64,000 nt of DNA. It comes from Bacteroidia bacterium (GTDB lineage Bacteria; Bacteroidota; Bacteroidia; Cytophagales; Cyclobacteriaceae). Each line of letters starts with the position of its first letter. Within the stretch, counting starts at the first letter, position 1. Below, one piece after another: positions 45,938 through 56,805 of this stretch. The position numbers and the translations under genes are program-made. The stretch covers positions 722-64,721 of the forward strand of contig JAUIAO010000027.1 of assembly GCA_030425425.1 (NCBI GenBank). Reading direction: 5' to 3'. The notes beneath the pieces were generated by a model. The model did not search any database, was not told the DNA's origin, and was given only the letters and a program-made list of their open reading frames with translations.

Positions 45938-48925
45938 TTAATCTTTATTCTTTTTTGAGTTCAGGTCAATTACGACAGGAGTCGCGATGAACACTGAAGA
46001 GTAAGTACCAATAAGGATACCTACAAGCAATGCAAATGAGAACCCTTTCAAAGCAGGTCCACCAAATATGAACAATACCAATACCACAATCAATGTAGTT
46101 ACTGATGTGATCAATGTACGGCTAAGTGTGCTGTTGAGTGATTCATTGAATACATTCTTCATTTCAGAGCCACTCTTGATGCCAAGGTTTTCTCTGATTC
46201 TATCAAATACAACCACGGTATCGTTGATTGAGTAACCAATAATTGTCAATATCGCTGCAACAAAAACCTGATCTACTTCATATGACACTCCAAACAATGA
46301 TGCAATGGCGAAAGCAGACAACACAAACAAGGTGTCATGGAAAAGTGCCACAATTGCACCCAGACCAAATTGCCATTTTCTGAATCGAATCAAGATGTAG
46401 ATGAAAATACTTATCAACGCAAACAGCGCTGATTCTACAGAAGAGTTTTTAATATCATCGGCTATTGTTGCGCCTACTTTAGATGAACTGCTGATAGAGA
46501 AAGCACTTTCCAGTTCTTCAGGATTTCCATTGGTTTCGGTAAGTCCCGTTGACGCAATTCCATCAATGAGTGATTGCTGAACTTTAGCATCTGCCTCATC
46601 AGATTCATCCTCGATCATGTATGATGTTGTGATTTTCAGAATATTGTTGGCACCATATGTTTTCACTTCCGTACCTTCATTGTCAAAGTATGGCAGGATA
46701 TTTTGCTTCAACTCTGTAGGTGTCACAGGGTCGCTGAAAGAAACGACAAATGAACGACCACCTTTGAAGTCCACGCCCAAAGTCAATCCTTTGAGAATCA
46801 TAGCGACAATACCCAAAATGATAAATGCAGAGCTGAACAAGTAAGCCATTTTACGCTTACTGATGAAATCAAAATTTAAGCTTGTAAGTGCATTCTTAGA
46901 AAAAGCGTTCGCAAATGACATAGTAGATTTTTCTCCCTTTTTGCTGAAGAATTCTACTATCACTCTGGTTATGAATACTGCACTGAAGAATGAACTGGCA
47001 ATACCAATCATTAATGTGATTGCAAATCCTTTAACAGGTCCTTGACCTAACACATACAGGAACAAACCTGTAATGAATGTGGTCACGTTCGCATCAATGA
47101 TTGAGCTGAATGCTTTATTATAACCACTGCTGATCGCTGCTTTTAGTCCAGACCCATTTCTGAGTTCTTCTTTGATCCTTTCGAAGATCAGTACGTTCGC
47201 ATCGATTGACATACCAATAGTCAATACAATACCCGCGATACCTGGCAAGGTCAGTGCGGCACTTAGCTGAGCCAGAATTCCCAGAATGAAGAAAATGTTG
47301 AATGCGAGAGCTACGTTGGCCACCAAACCACCTTTAGCATAGTAAAGCACCATGAATATGATCACAATTGCCAAACCCGCTACAATAGAAATGATACCTT
47401 GTTTCTGAGCAACTTTACCCAAAGTTGGTCCTATTACCACATCCTCTACGATGGTGGTTGGAGCTGGTAAAGCACCAGCTTTCAAGATGTTTGCAAGGTC
47501 TTTTGCTTCTTCAATAGTGAAATTTCCGGTGATTTGTGAGTTACCGTTAGGAATTTCACCTTCGACATTTGGCGCAGAATAAACATAATTATCCAAAACA
47601 ATGGCGATTCTTCGGCCTACGTTGGCTCCTGTAAGTCTTCTCCATGTTTTAGCACCAGCCACACTCATCTGCATACTGATAGATGGTCTTGAGCGCTGAT
47701 CCAAATCTTGACGAGCATCTGTGATCACTTCACCAGTAAGTGGCGCTCTACCCGTTCTTGTTGTCTTGATAGCATGAAGTTCCAGTAATTCTGGAGCACC
47801 GATAGTTTCATTTTTTATTGGTTTTACTGCCCACAAGAATTTCATGTTTGATGGGATCATCTGCTGCACATCCTCTCTCTGCATGATTCTGTTGATAGCA
47901 GCTGTATCTTTCACATCATAGATCAATCCGTACTGAGATTGCAAAAGAGAAAATAGCGGCGACACCTGGCTGTTGAATGCAGAGTCTAACTGACTATCTG
48001 TAGTGTCTTCTGATGCAACTGCAGATGTGTCATCTGAATCTTCATCTGACAATAAGCTTGAAAGGTCATCAGATTCGTTGATGGTTTCATCTACAAAGTC
48101 TTCATCACTCAAGTCATCAGCAGGAAGGGCAGTTTCTTGCTCTGCAACCAAAAGACCATTGATAGATTCCAGGGTAGGAGAGATCTCATTGATCTCATAT
48201 ACTTCCCAAAATTCTAGTTTAGCAACACCTTGCAATAGTTTTCTAACTCTTTCTGGGTTATCCACTCCCGGTAATTCGATCTGGATTCTGCCTGTTCCCT
48301 GAAGTCTTTGAATATTTGGCTGAGACGTTCCGAATCTGTCAATACGAGTTCTCAAGATGTTGAATGAACGATCAATCGCACTTTCAACTTCAGAATTGAT
48401 TATTTCCAATACCTCATCGTCCGAAGAATTAAGAGAAATTCTTCCTCTGTTTGCTGCATTTGAGAAAATGGATGCGAGAGACTTGTTAGGTGCTTTACTG
48501 CTGAAAACACTGTAAAATTCGTCTACATAATTGATCTGTGTTCCTCTGATATTCTGTTTAGCCTCTACCAACGCAGCTTGAAAATCCGGATCTGGATTAT
48601 TAGCGCTCAATCCTTTAAGGATATCTACCGGAGAAACTTCCAGTGTTACGTGCATACCACCCTGAAGGTCAAGACCAAGGTTCAGCTCGGTTTCTTTTAC
48701 TTGCTGGTACGTATACTCGATGCCTAATAAGTTGTAAATAGGCTCGTTCCAGACAGAGTCCAGATAACGTTGCTTTTCAGCAAAATCGATGTTACCGTTT
48801 TCATCTGTGTTGGCCTCAGTGGCGTCCTTTTGAATAGACTGTGCTACAAATGTGAATGACAAATAGTAGATGCACAGTAAGGAAATGATGATTGTAAGAA
48901 ATACAACAAAACCTTTGTTTTTCAT
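45938..48925 (-). CDS. secDF: Protein translocase subunit SecDF (fused)
   Basis: LGLDLQGG, LRTRIDRFG..QP, AIVLD, GP.LG, IGMSIDANVLIFER, G.DFKGG, GYSINDTVVVFDRIRE. Confidence 0.98.
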   Translation of the reverse strand: MKNKGFVVFLTIIISLLCIYYLSFTFVAQSIQKDATEANTDENGNIDFAEKQRYLDSVWNEPIYNLLGIEYTYQQVKETELNLGLDLQGGMHVTLEVSPVDILKGLSANNPDPDFQAALVEAKQNIRGTQINYVDEFYSVFSSKAPNKSLASIFSNAANRGRISLNSSDDEVLEIINSEVESAIDRSFNILRTRIDRFGTSQPNIQRLQGTGRIQIELPGVDNPERVRKLLQGVAKLEFWEVYEINEISPTLESINGLLVAEQETALPADDLSDEDFVDETINESDDLSSLLSDEDSDDTSAVASEDTTDSQLDSAFNSQVSPLFSLLQSQYGLIYDVKDTAAINRIMQREDVQQMIPSNMKFLWAVKPIKNETIGAPELLELHAIKTTRTGRAPLTGEVITDARQDLDQRSRPSISMQMSVAGAKTWRRLTGANVGRRIAIVLDNYVYSAPNVEGEIPNGNSQITGNFTIEEAKDLANILKAGALPAPTTIVEDVVIGPTLGKVAQKQGIISIVAGLAIVIIFMVLYYAKGGLVANVALAFNIFFILGILAQLSAALTLPGIAGIVLTIGMSIDANVLIFERIKEELRNGSGLKAAISSGYNKAFSSIIDANVTTFITGLFLYVLGQGPVKGFAITLMIGIASSFFSAVFITRVIVEFFSKKGEKSTMSFANAFSKNALTSLNFDFISKRKMAYLFSSAFIILGIVAMILKGLTLGVDFKGGRSFVVSFSDPVTPTELKQNILPYFDNEGTEVKTYGANNILKITTSYMIEDESDEADAKVQQSLIDGIASTGLTETNGNPEELESAFSISSSSKVGATIADDIKNSSVESALFALISIFIYILIRFRKWQFGLGAIVALFHDTLFVLSAFAIASLFGVSYEVDQVFVAAILTIIGYSINDTVVVFDRIRENLGIKSGSEMKNVFNESLNSTLSRTLITSVTTLIVVLVLFIFGGPALKGFSFALLVGILIGTYSSVFIATPVVIDLNSKKNKD

Positions 48926-49012
48926 TTTATTAATTGATTATGTAAAAATTGATAATTTATTTCGGCTAGTTAGCCTGGAAGATTGATAATAATACGGCTG
49001 ATGGTTTTCGCC

Positions 49013-49381
49013 TCAGGGAGCATTGGGGGAAATGATCCTGCGAAATAGTATTTTGAGGGCTTTGCTACCCGGCAAGATTACCTGATCAGTTGAGGAGGTT
49101 TCTTCACTGTCATCATCCAGGTCAGGGAGTATGTAGTTGAGTTGAAAATCCTGATGAAAGTTGATGTGAACAGATGAAGTGATAGCATCAAAAGCGCCAA
49201 CCTTCAATTCTGGCTGCTGATCAGATTGCTGATCATTATTGTTTCCAGATTCGGATGCAGTGATTTGTACTTGGGGTACCACAGGAGTCGTTAGAGTCAA
49301 TGACACAAAACCAACCAAAAGGCCCAAAATCACCACAAAGCGGTAAGACAGATTCGATATGTAATCAATACCTTGTTTCAA
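49013..49381 (-). CDS. secDF upstream ORF, candidate translation-arrest (monitoring) peptide
   Basis: Hydrophobic N-terminal segment, polar linker, C-terminus ILFRRIISPNAP-TGA, 87 nt upstream of secDF; TACATTTG at 49389-49396. Confidence 0.6.
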   Translation of the reverse strand: MKQGIDYISNLSYRFVVILGLLVGFVSLTLTTPVVPQVQITASESGNNNDQQSDQQPELKVGAFDAITSSVHINFHQDFQLNYILPDLDDDSEETSSTDQVILPGSKALKILFRRIISPNAP

Positions 49382-49430
49382 AGCGCGACAAATGTAGTGA
49401 TTTAGAATTGATTCGAGAAGTCTAATTCAT

Positions 49431-50051
49431 TTATTGTTCCAGCCTTCTATTTAAGAATGTAGTTACCACATCCAGAGCAACAGAGAATCCATTGTGATTA
49501 GGAATGATGATATCCGCTTCGTTTTTTAGCGGTTCTATGAATTTTTTGAAAGAAGGAGTCACATGATGCTGAAAGCGATACAGTACATCATTGAGGTCAT
49601 AGCCTCGTTCTTTAGCATCCCTGTTGATTCTCCTGGTCAGCATAAGGTAATCCGGTGCTTCGATGAAAATTTTGAAATCCATCAAATCTAAAATCTCCTG
49701 ATAGTAAAAAGTGAAAATTCCCTCTACTACAATAATCGGGGTGGATTTGATATGAATTTTTTCAGGCGTGCGTTCGTCGTTGTTGAAAGTATATTCTGTA
49801 ATCGTAATGTCCTTGCCAGATTTAAGTTTTTTCAGGTCTGCTGAAAACCTGGCCCGATCTAGTGATTCAGGGAGGTCGAAGTTTTCTATGCCCAAATCAT
49901 CTTTAGGTTGCTCAGTTCTGGGCTTGTAATAGTTATCTAATGAGAGTAAGCTTACCGCTTCATTACCAAATTTCTCCAAAAGCTGATTGAGAAAGAGTGT
50001 TTTTCCAGAACCACTTCCACCTGTAATCCCAACAAGCATTGACTTTTTCAT
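49431..50051 (-). CDS. udk: Uridine kinase
   Basis: GITGGSGSGKT, DNYY, NFD.P.S, VEGIF, RR..RD..ERG. Confidence 0.93.
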   Translation of the reverse strand: MKKSMLVGITGGSGSGKTLFLNQLLEKFGNEAVSLLSLDNYYKPRTEQPKDDLGIENFDLPESLDRARFSADLKKLKSGKDITITEYTFNNDERTPEKIHIKSTPIIVVEGIFTFYYQEILDLMDFKIFIEAPDYLMLTRRINRDAKERGYDLNDVLYRFQHHVTPSFKKFIEPLKNEADIIIPNHNGFSVALDVVTTFLNRRLEQ

Positions 50052-50632
50052 ATCACCTGTGAATTTAGATAATCAATGAATTGTTGGAAAGCTTTTCCAC
50101 GATGAGAGATGGCGTTTTTTTCTTCAGCGGTCATTTCTGCAAATGTGATGTTATGACCTTCTGGCTGGAAAATAGGATCATATCCAAATCCTTCTGCGCC
50201 AGCTCTGGACTTAGTTATTTCTCCGTTGGCAATTCCCGTAAATTGCTTCACTTTACCGTTCTCGTTAATATAGGTAATCACCGTTTTGAATCTAGCAGAT
50301 CTATTTGGCTTATCTCCAAGATTTTTTAGCAACTTATTCATGTTGGCGTTGCTGTCATTTTCTGTTCCGGCATATCTAGCTGAAAATACGCCAGGTTCAT
50401 TGTTCAGTGCTTCCACTTCCAGTCCAGTGTCATCACCAAAGCAAGCCACTCCATGTTTGTCAAATACATATTGAGTTTTCATTAGGGAGTTTCCTTCGAT
50501 GGTACGGGCTGTTTCAGGAATTTCCTCATGCAGGTTTAGGTCATCTAAGCCCAATAGTTCAATGCCTGAAGGCATCATTTGACTTATTTCCCTAAGCTTG
50601 TGCTCATTATGTGTGGCGAAATAGATCTTCAC
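50048..50632 (-). CDS. rdgB: Non-canonical purine NTP pyrophosphatase (RdgB/HAM1)
   Basis: FAT.N.HKL.E, DDTGLEV.AL..EPGVFSARY, GFGYDPIF, SHRGKA; GTG 50632. Confidence 0.95.
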   Translation of the reverse strand: MKIYFATHNEHKLREISQMMPSGIELLGLDDLNLHEEIPETARTIEGNSLMKTQYVFDKHGVACFGDDTGLEVEALNNEPGVFSARYAGTENDSNANMNKLLKNLGDKPNRSARFKTVITYINENGKVKQFTGIANGEITKSRAGAEGFGYDPIFQPEGHNITFAEMTAEEKNAISHRGKAFQQFIDYLNSQVI

Positions 50633-50633
50633 G

Positions 50634-51221
50634 TTATTCTGTGCTGACGAAAAAAATGTCAAAAACCAAAACAGAATATGGAGGGATTATCCCAAAAGTA
50701 GTAGGGTCGAACTGTTGATATGCCAGGCCTGAAGGAATCATCAGCTTGGCATGGCCTCCTTCTTTCATCAAGCCAATGACTTTAGAAACTCCCTCACGAT
50801 AGCCAGTTTCAAAATCGTAATAACTGGAGTAGATACTGGGAATATTCCAGCCGCTAGTAGAATAGGTGTAATGTATTGGAGGGTAAGACCTGGAGGAGTC
50901 ACCAGCTCCGTTATTAAAAAGAACCGTATCTACGGAGGTCCGGAATAAAGTATCAGTAGTCAACCTGCCGATGTAATGAAATCCTACAATATCGTTTGGA
51001 TTAACGCTATTACCACTTCCAGAATCTAGAATGGTATACCTTACTCCGTTTGTGGTGGTGTCATATGAGTAGCCATTTGCAGTGATATAATCCTCTATGA
51101 TTTGAATATCTTCCAGCCACTGAGCATCTGTGTCAACCGTCGGCTCAACTTCTATGTCATTATTACAAGACATTACCAGACCTACCGAAATCGTAAGTAC
51201 TATTAACAAATGGCTCCTCAT
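50634..51221 (-). CDS. FKBP-type PPIase lipoprotein
   Basis: Lipobox VMSC; V.FHYIG.L...F, G..LM.EGG.A.LMIPSGLAY, IPP.SVLVFD. Confidence 0.85.
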   Translation of the reverse strand: MRSHLLIVLTISVGLVMSCNNDIEVEPTVDTDAQWLEDIQIIEDYITANGYSYDTTTNGVRYTILDSGSGNSVNPNDIVGFHYIGRLTTDTLFRTSVDTVLFNNGAGDSSRSYPPIHYTYSTSGWNIPSIYSSYYDFETGYREGVSKVIGLMKEGGHAKLMIPSGLAYQQFDPTTFGIIPPYSVLVFDIFFVSTE

Positions 51222-51242
51222 ATTTCTAAAATGCACCTTAAC

Positions 51243-52163
51243 TTATTTATTTACTTTCAATACTTCAACGTCAAAAACCAGGATACTGTATGGAGGAATT
51301 TTTGGTCCGGAACCACGACTACCATATCCTAATGGACTTGGAATATATAAAGTTCCTTTACCGCCTTCTTTGATATATGCTATACCTTCATCCCAGCCTT
51401 TGATCACTCTTCCCTGACCAATGTTGAATGAGAATCCTTCACTGTAATTTCTTGAAGGGTTATACATGCCATTTTCTTTTGCTACTGCTTCTATACTAGT
51501 ATCGAAATAGTCTCCATTAAGAATTCTTCCTGCATAATGTACTACTACCTCATCACCTGGTTCAGCATTTGGTCCATTTCCTTCTTCAGTGATCACATAT
51601 CTTAGACCTGACTCTGAAGTAATGGCCTCAATACCTTCTTTAGCAAGGAAGGCATCGATGGTATCTCCATCAGCTACTAACTTGTCTGCTAGTTTCGCTT
51701 CATCCAGCAATTGCTGCTGCTGGCGGAGCTCGTTGGTATAGGTTCTATACCCCTCTTCAGACATTTGATCTTGAAGTAGCATGTTGCAGCTAATCATGGT
51801 TGTGCTATCCATTCCTGGAGGTAGAGGTCGTTTATATGTTTCTTCGAACAGGTTTTTTGCAGATATCTGGAATGAAACACTGTCTCCAACTGTAAGCATA
51901 TTGACAACTTCTTGTAAAGCTCCCGCTTCCATAGCAGGATCATATTTCAATGCCAGAGGTCTAAGCGGTGTGGTTTCAGTTATCACCTGTCCGCTATCCG
52001 TTTCGAGCTTCATTTGGATAACTATCACAGAATCTTTTATCGGTGCTGTTCCATTACCTTTTTCTATTTTAGTTACTTCCACACCAGATTCGGTGGTAAA
52101 AGTTTCTTGTGGCTGGCAAGAAAGTACTGTAAGGAATAAGCCAAAAATTAATAAATTTCTCAT
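51243..52163 (-). CDS. Two-domain FKBP-type PPIase lipoprotein
   Basis: Lipobox VLSC; VHYAG.ILNG.YFD, VIKGWDEGI, IPSPLGYG, IPPYSILVFDVEV. Confidence 0.9.
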   Translation of the reverse strand: MRNLLIFGLFLTVLSCQPQETFTTESGVEVTKIEKGNGTAPIKDSVIVIQMKLETDSGQVITETTPLRPLALKYDPAMEAGALQEVVNMLTVGDSVSFQISAKNLFEETYKRPLPPGMDSTTMISCNMLLQDQMSEEGYRTYTNELRQQQQLLDEAKLADKLVADGDTIDAFLAKEGIEAITSESGLRYVITEEGNGPNAEPGDEVVVHYAGRILNGDYFDTSIEAVAKENGMYNPSRNYSEGFSFNIGQGRVIKGWDEGIAYIKEGGKGTLYIPSPLGYGSRGSGPKIPPYSILVFDVEVLKVNK

Positions 52164-52175
52164 TTTGTGTATTTA

Positions 52176-53183
52176 CTATATTAGTGTGTGCTGAAGTTCT
52201 GGTATCAGCGATTTGAATTTCTCTACTGTTGCCTCAAGGTTTAGATCTGAAAGCCCCCCAGCTGCGTTTTTATGGCCGCCACCATTGAAATGTGCAGCTG
52301 CAAAATCATTGACAGCATAGTCACCCACAGACCTAAATGACATCTTTACTTCGCCATTTTTTTCCATGATGATTGCTGCAATGACAATACCTTTTATTGA
52401 CAAGGCATAATTTACAAGACCTTCGGTATCGCCACTTTTCAGGTGAAATCTCTCATGTTCTTCTGCATTGATCACGAAATAGGCCACTTTCTGATCCATA
52501 TTCACTATGAGCTTTTCCATCAGGGCATAGCCAATAAACCGTAAACGATTTAAGGAGTTAGTGTCATAAATCAGTCGGCTTACTTTGTTCACATTCACAC
52601 CGTGATCCATCAAATCAGCGACTGTTCGGTGAATTTTCGCTGAGGTAGATCCATGTTTAAAAGAACCCGTATCAGTCATGATGCCTGCATACAATGCTTC
52701 TGCTATCGCCGTGTTGATTTCTGATTCTCCTTCCAGAATTTTGATCAGGTCAAAAATGAGCTCGGCAGTAGCAGCTGCTTTATCATCCCATAGTTCAAAA
52801 TCAGCTTCGATTTCTTTATTGAGATGATGGTCTACTAAAAGTGTTTTGCCCTGAGCATTTTTGACCGGCTCGTCAAGGTTTTTTATTCTTTTCAAACCAT
52901 TAAAATCCAGGCAGCATATCAGATCTGCCTCTGAGATTAGTTTGGCGCAATGCTGGTGTGTATCGTTATTATTCACCACTACTTCATCATTTCCTTCCAT
53001 CCAATGCAGGAATTCCGGGTAATCTGTAGGAGTTACTACTGTGCAATTGTGTCCTCTGTTTTTAAGAAAATGATGCAGCCCTAAAGATGAACCGAGTGCG
53101 TCAGCATCCGGATTGGCGTGCGTAGTAATGACTATTTTCTTAGGACTGGAAAGAAATGTCTTAAGAGTGCCTAATTCTTTCAT
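52176..53183 (-). CDS. nrnA: DHH/DHHA1 oligoribonuclease / pAp phosphatase (NrnA)
   Basis: H.NPDADALGS, DHH, DTGSF, SFRS, GGGH.NAAG. Confidence 0.9.
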   Translation of the reverse strand: MKELGTLKTFLSSPKKIVITTHANPDADALGSSLGLHHFLKNRGHNCTVVTPTDYPEFLHWMEGNDEVVVNNNDTHQHCAKLISEADLICCLDFNGLKRIKNLDEPVKNAQGKTLLVDHHLNKEIEADFELWDDKAAATAELIFDLIKILEGESEINTAIAEALYAGIMTDTGSFKHGSTSAKIHRTVADLMDHGVNVNKVSRLIYDTNSLNRLRFIGYALMEKLIVNMDQKVAYFVINAEEHERFHLKSGDTEGLVNYALSIKGIVIAAIIMEKNGEVKMSFRSVGDYAVNDFAAAHFNGGGHKNAAGGLSDLNLEATVEKFKSLIPELQHTLI

Positions 53184-53333
53184 GTTATGTGCTGACCTTC
53201 TCGATAAGTGAACCGCAAAACTCACAATAAATCAAGTAAATACAAAATGTGACTTGAATGAGTGATAAGGTGCAATTAATATTAGTTTTGCCTTGTATTC
53301 AATAACAAAATTCAATTTTAATCATTTACAAAA

Positions 53334-53753
53334 ATGGCTGGAACAAAGACTTTTACAATGATCAAACCTGATGCTTTTGCTGATGGGAATAGTGGAGCAA
53401 TCATCAAAATGATCGAGGAGGCTGGTTTTGCGATCAAAGCAATGAAATTAGTGAGACTGACTGCAGAGAATGCTGGTGGGTTTTATGCAGTACATAAGGA
53501 GCGCCCTTTTTATGGTGACCTGGTAAAATACATGTCTTCTGGTCCGATCATCGCCATGATCCTTGAAAAAGAAAATGCGGTAGAAGATTTTCGAAAATTT
53601 ATTGGAGCTACTAATCCAGCAGAAGCAGCAGAAGGGACTGTCAGAAAACTTTTCGCAAAATCGATCGAAGCGAATGCAATTCATGGATCAGATTCAGATG
53701 AAAATGCAGCCATTGAAGGTTCATTTTTCTTCTCTGAATTAGAAAAGCATTAA
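53334..53753 (+). CDS. ndk: Nucleoside diphosphate kinase
   Basis: [31 protein letters not shown]. Confidence 0.98.
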   Translation: MAGTKTFTMIKPDAFADGNSGAIIKMIEEAGFAIKAMKLVRLTAENAGGFYAVHKERPFYGDLVKYMSSGPIIAMILEKENAVEDFRKFIGATNPAEAAEGTVRKLFAKSIEANAIHGSDSDENAAIEGSFFFSELEKH

Positions 53754-53774
53754 TCAATAGAGTGATTAAGTATT

Positions 53775-54572
53775 TCAATCAAATCCCGGTTCATCCGGGA
53801 TTTTTGTTTCTTGCCCCTGAAGTTTTTCTATCCAGAAGTTGTTATAACCTTCTCCAATATGTAAGGTCACCATGCCTAGTTGAAGTAATTCAAGGATCGC
53901 CAGAAAGTTGTAAATCACCAGAATCTTTTCAGGTTTTTCAGCGACCATTTTTTCGAATGAGATTCTTTGATCCGGTTCCTTCAGCAGCCTTTCGATAATA
54001 AATTCCTTTTGGACTGATATAGTATAAGGGTATTGAACAACCTGATGTGTAGGTTTGGCCTGCTCGTATTCGTACCTTTTCAATACTTTCTGAAACACCT
54101 TCATCAACTTGTAGAGATCAAGGTCTTGCATCTCCGCTTCTACATTGATGTTTTCGGAGAGCTTTCGGATCTCACTTAGCAGATTACCTCTTCTTTCTCT
54201 ATCCAGTCGTTCGGCCTCCAGAGCAGATAGATCCCCAATTACAGACTTATATCTTTTGTATTCCAGAAGATGTTTGACCAATTCTTCTCTTGGGTCTATT
54301 TCATTCCCCTCTTCATCCAAGACAGGTCTGGGGAGAAGCATCTTCGCCTTAATCCTCATGAGCGTGGCTGCTACCAGAATAAATTCACTGGCTATTTCCA
54401 CATTCATTTCTTCCAGATGCTGGATATAGTCCAGAAAGTCACTGGTAACTTGCGATATCGGGATATCATAGATATCTAATTCATCGCGCTCTATGAAGAA
54501 CAGCAATAAGTCGAATGGCCCTTCGAAAAGGGGCAACTTGATTTCGTATGTTTTGTTACTTTCCTGACTCAC
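53775..54572 (-). CDS. scpA: Segregation and condensation protein A
   Basis: FEGPFDLLL..I, DIPI..VT..FL, SEFILVAATLMRIKAKMLLP, FLAILEL. Confidence 0.95.
   Translation of the reverse strand: MSQESNKTYEIKLPLFEGPFDLLLFFIERDELDIYDIPISQVTSDFLDYIQHLEEMNVEIASEFILVAATLMRIKAKMLLPRPVLDEEGNEIDPREELVKHLLEYKRYKSVIGDLSALEAERLDRERRGNLLSEIRKLSENINVEAEMQDLDLYKLMKVFQKVLKRYEYEQAKPTHQVVQYPYTISVQKEFIIERLLKEPDQRISFEKMVAEKPEKILVIYNFLAILELLQLGMVTLHIGEGYNNFWIEKLQGQETKIPDEPGFD
53781..53806 (+). terminator. ndk terminator overlapping the 3' end of scpA
   Basis: AAATCCCGG-ttcat-CCGGGATTT followed by TT. Confidence 0.75.
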
Positions 54573-54809
54573 GCAAACTCAAAGCTACTCGCTTTATCTA
54601 AAAAGTATCAATTGGAGTGGTATTAAACTATAAACCCATCGGCTAAACTGATTGGAAATGAGTCGAATCCTATGTAGTCTGAGTGCATTTGCTATCTAAG
54701 GAATAAATTCTAAAAGGGTTACATTTGCCAATTATTTGGTACTATTTAATATTTGAACAAACACTCTACTTGTTGGTTCGGTTAAGTAATACCTCAAAAT
54801 CTGGAAGTA

Positions 54810-56735
54810 ATGGAGATTAAAGCCGGTGAGCTCCTGGCTCAGATAAGCAACCCCGATGATCTAAAAAAGATTGATCTAGTCCAATTATCGCAAGTTTGTG
54901 ATGAATTAAGAGAATACATTGTTGATCATGTATCAGTTTTTGGTGGGCACTTTGGTGCTAGTCTGGGAGTGGTAGAACTTACAGTGGCTCTTCATTATGT
55001 TTTTAACACTCCGGATGATCAGCTGATATGGGATGTTGGTCATCAAGCCTATGGTCACAAAATTCTTACAGGTCGAAGAGGGCATTTTCATACGAATAGA
55101 CTTTACAAAGGACTATCAGGATTCCCCAAGAGATCCGAAAGTGAGTATGATGCTTTCGGGGTAGGGCACTCCTCTACTTCTATTTCTGCGGCACTCGGAA
55201 TGGCATTTGCATCGGATTATGAAGGGAATAAAGACAGGCACCACATTGCAGTAATCGGGGATGGAGCTATGACTGGCGGTATGGCGTTTGAAGCCATGAA
55301 TCATGCTGGAGATAGCAATAAAAATCTGCTCATCATTCTGAATGACAACTGCATGTCTATCGACCCAAATGTTGGGGCATTAAAAGATTATTTGACAGAT
55401 ATCACCACTTCTCAGGCTTACAATAAATTCCGAGATGACATTTGGAAAATTCTTGGCAAAATCAGCAAGTTTGGTCCAAATGCCAGGGAAATCGTGGGGA
55501 AGGTTGAGAGTAGTGTTAAGTCATTTTTATTAAAACAAAGCAACCTTTTTGAGTCTCTGAATCTACGTTATTTTGGTCCAGTTGATGGACATGACGTGAA
55601 TCACCTGGTACATGTTTTAAATGACTTGAAAAATATACCTGGTCCGAAAATTCTTCATTGTGTGACGGTGAAAGGTAAAGGCTACAAGCAAGCTGAGCTA
55701 GATCAGACCAAATGGCATGCGCCAGGAAAGTTTGACAAGATTACGGGTGAGATCAGAAAAACCGTTCCTACAGAGCCAAAACCTCCAAAATATCAACAAG
55801 TCTTTGGTCATACGATTGTGGAACTGGCAAAGAATAATGATAAGATCATGGGGGTTACTCCTGCCATGCCATCAGGGTCTTCTCTAAATATCATGATGGC
55901 TGAAATGCCTGACAGAGCCTTTGATGTAGGGATTGCAGAGCAACATGCCGTGACTTTCTCGGCAGGGTTGGCCGCACAGGGAATGGTGCCTTTCTGCAAT
56001 ATTTACAGTTCGTTTATGCAGCGAGCATATGATCAGGTAATCCACGATGTTGCCATCCAGAAATTGCCGGTAGTTTTTTGTCTGGATAGAGCAGGAATAG
56101 CCGGTGCAGATGGACCTACGCACCATGGAGCTTATGATATAGCATACATGAGATGCATTCCAAATATGGTTATAGCAGCACCAATGAACGAAGAAGAATT
56201 ACGTAATCTGATGTTTACGGCTAGCGAGCACAAAGAAGGACCATTTACGATCAGATATCCGAGGGGAGAAGGTGTAATGCCGGAATGGAGAACAGCCATT
56301 GAAAATGTGGGAATTGGTAAAGGCAGACTGGTACGTGCCGGGGAAGAAGTGGCAATTTTGACTATCGGCCATATCGGAAATTATGCTGTGAAGGCTGCAG
56401 AACAGCTGGAAGCTATAGGAATTAATGTCTCCCATTATGATATGCGATTTGTAAAACCACTTGATGAAGAATTACTTCACGAGGTATTCTCGAAACATCA
56501 GAAAGTAATAACTGTTGAGGATGGATGCTTGCCAGGTGGATTTGGTAGTGCTATCGCTGAGTTTATGGTTGATAATCAATATCACAATCAGATTACCAGG
56601 TTAGGAATGCCAGATAAAATCGTGGAGCATGGCACACAAGACGAGTTGTATGCGGAATGCGGATATAACGATTTGGCCATCAAAAATACCGTTATTAAAA
56701 TGCTGGAACATGCCTCAGCAACCGTAGAATTATAG
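54810..56735 (+). CDS. dxs: 1-deoxy-D-xylulose-5-phosphate synthase
   Basis: GGHFGASLG.VEL, WDVGHQAY, GHSSTSISA, GDGAMTGG, DVGIAEQHA, DGPTHHG. Confidence 0.98.
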   Translation: MEIKAGELLAQISNPDDLKKIDLVQLSQVCDELREYIVDHVSVFGGHFGASLGVVELTVALHYVFNTPDDQLIWDVGHQAYGHKILTGRRGHFHTNRLYKGLSGFPKRSESEYDAFGVGHSSTSISAALGMAFASDYEGNKDRHHIAVIGDGAMTGGMAFEAMNHAGDSNKNLLIILNDNCMSIDPNVGALKDYLTDITTSQAYNKFRDDIWKILGKISKFGPNAREIVGKVESSVKSFLLKQSNLFESLNLRYFGPVDGHDVNHLVHVLNDLKNIPGPKILHCVTVKGKGYKQAELDQTKWHAPGKFDKITGEIRKTVPTEPKPPKYQQVFGHTIVELAKNNDKIMGVTPAMPSGSSLNIMMAEMPDRAFDVGIAEQHAVTFSAGLAAQGMVPFCNIYSSFMQRAYDQVIHDVAIQKLPVVFCLDRAGIAGADGPTHHGAYDIAYMRCIPNMVIAAPMNEEELRNLMFTASEHKEGPFTIRYPRGEGVMPEWRTAIENVGIGKGRLVRAGEEVAILTIGHIGNYAVKAAEQLEAIGINVSHYDMRFVKPLDEELLHEVFSKHQKVITVEDGCLPGGFGSAIAEFMVDNQYHNQITRLGMPDKIVEHGTQDELYAECGYNDLAIKNTVIKMLEHASATVEL

Positions 56736-56805
56736 GTATTACCTAATCATATCAAAACATATTGCCTGACTATTTTGTATATTAGGTCTAAAACGACCTA
56801 ATTCT

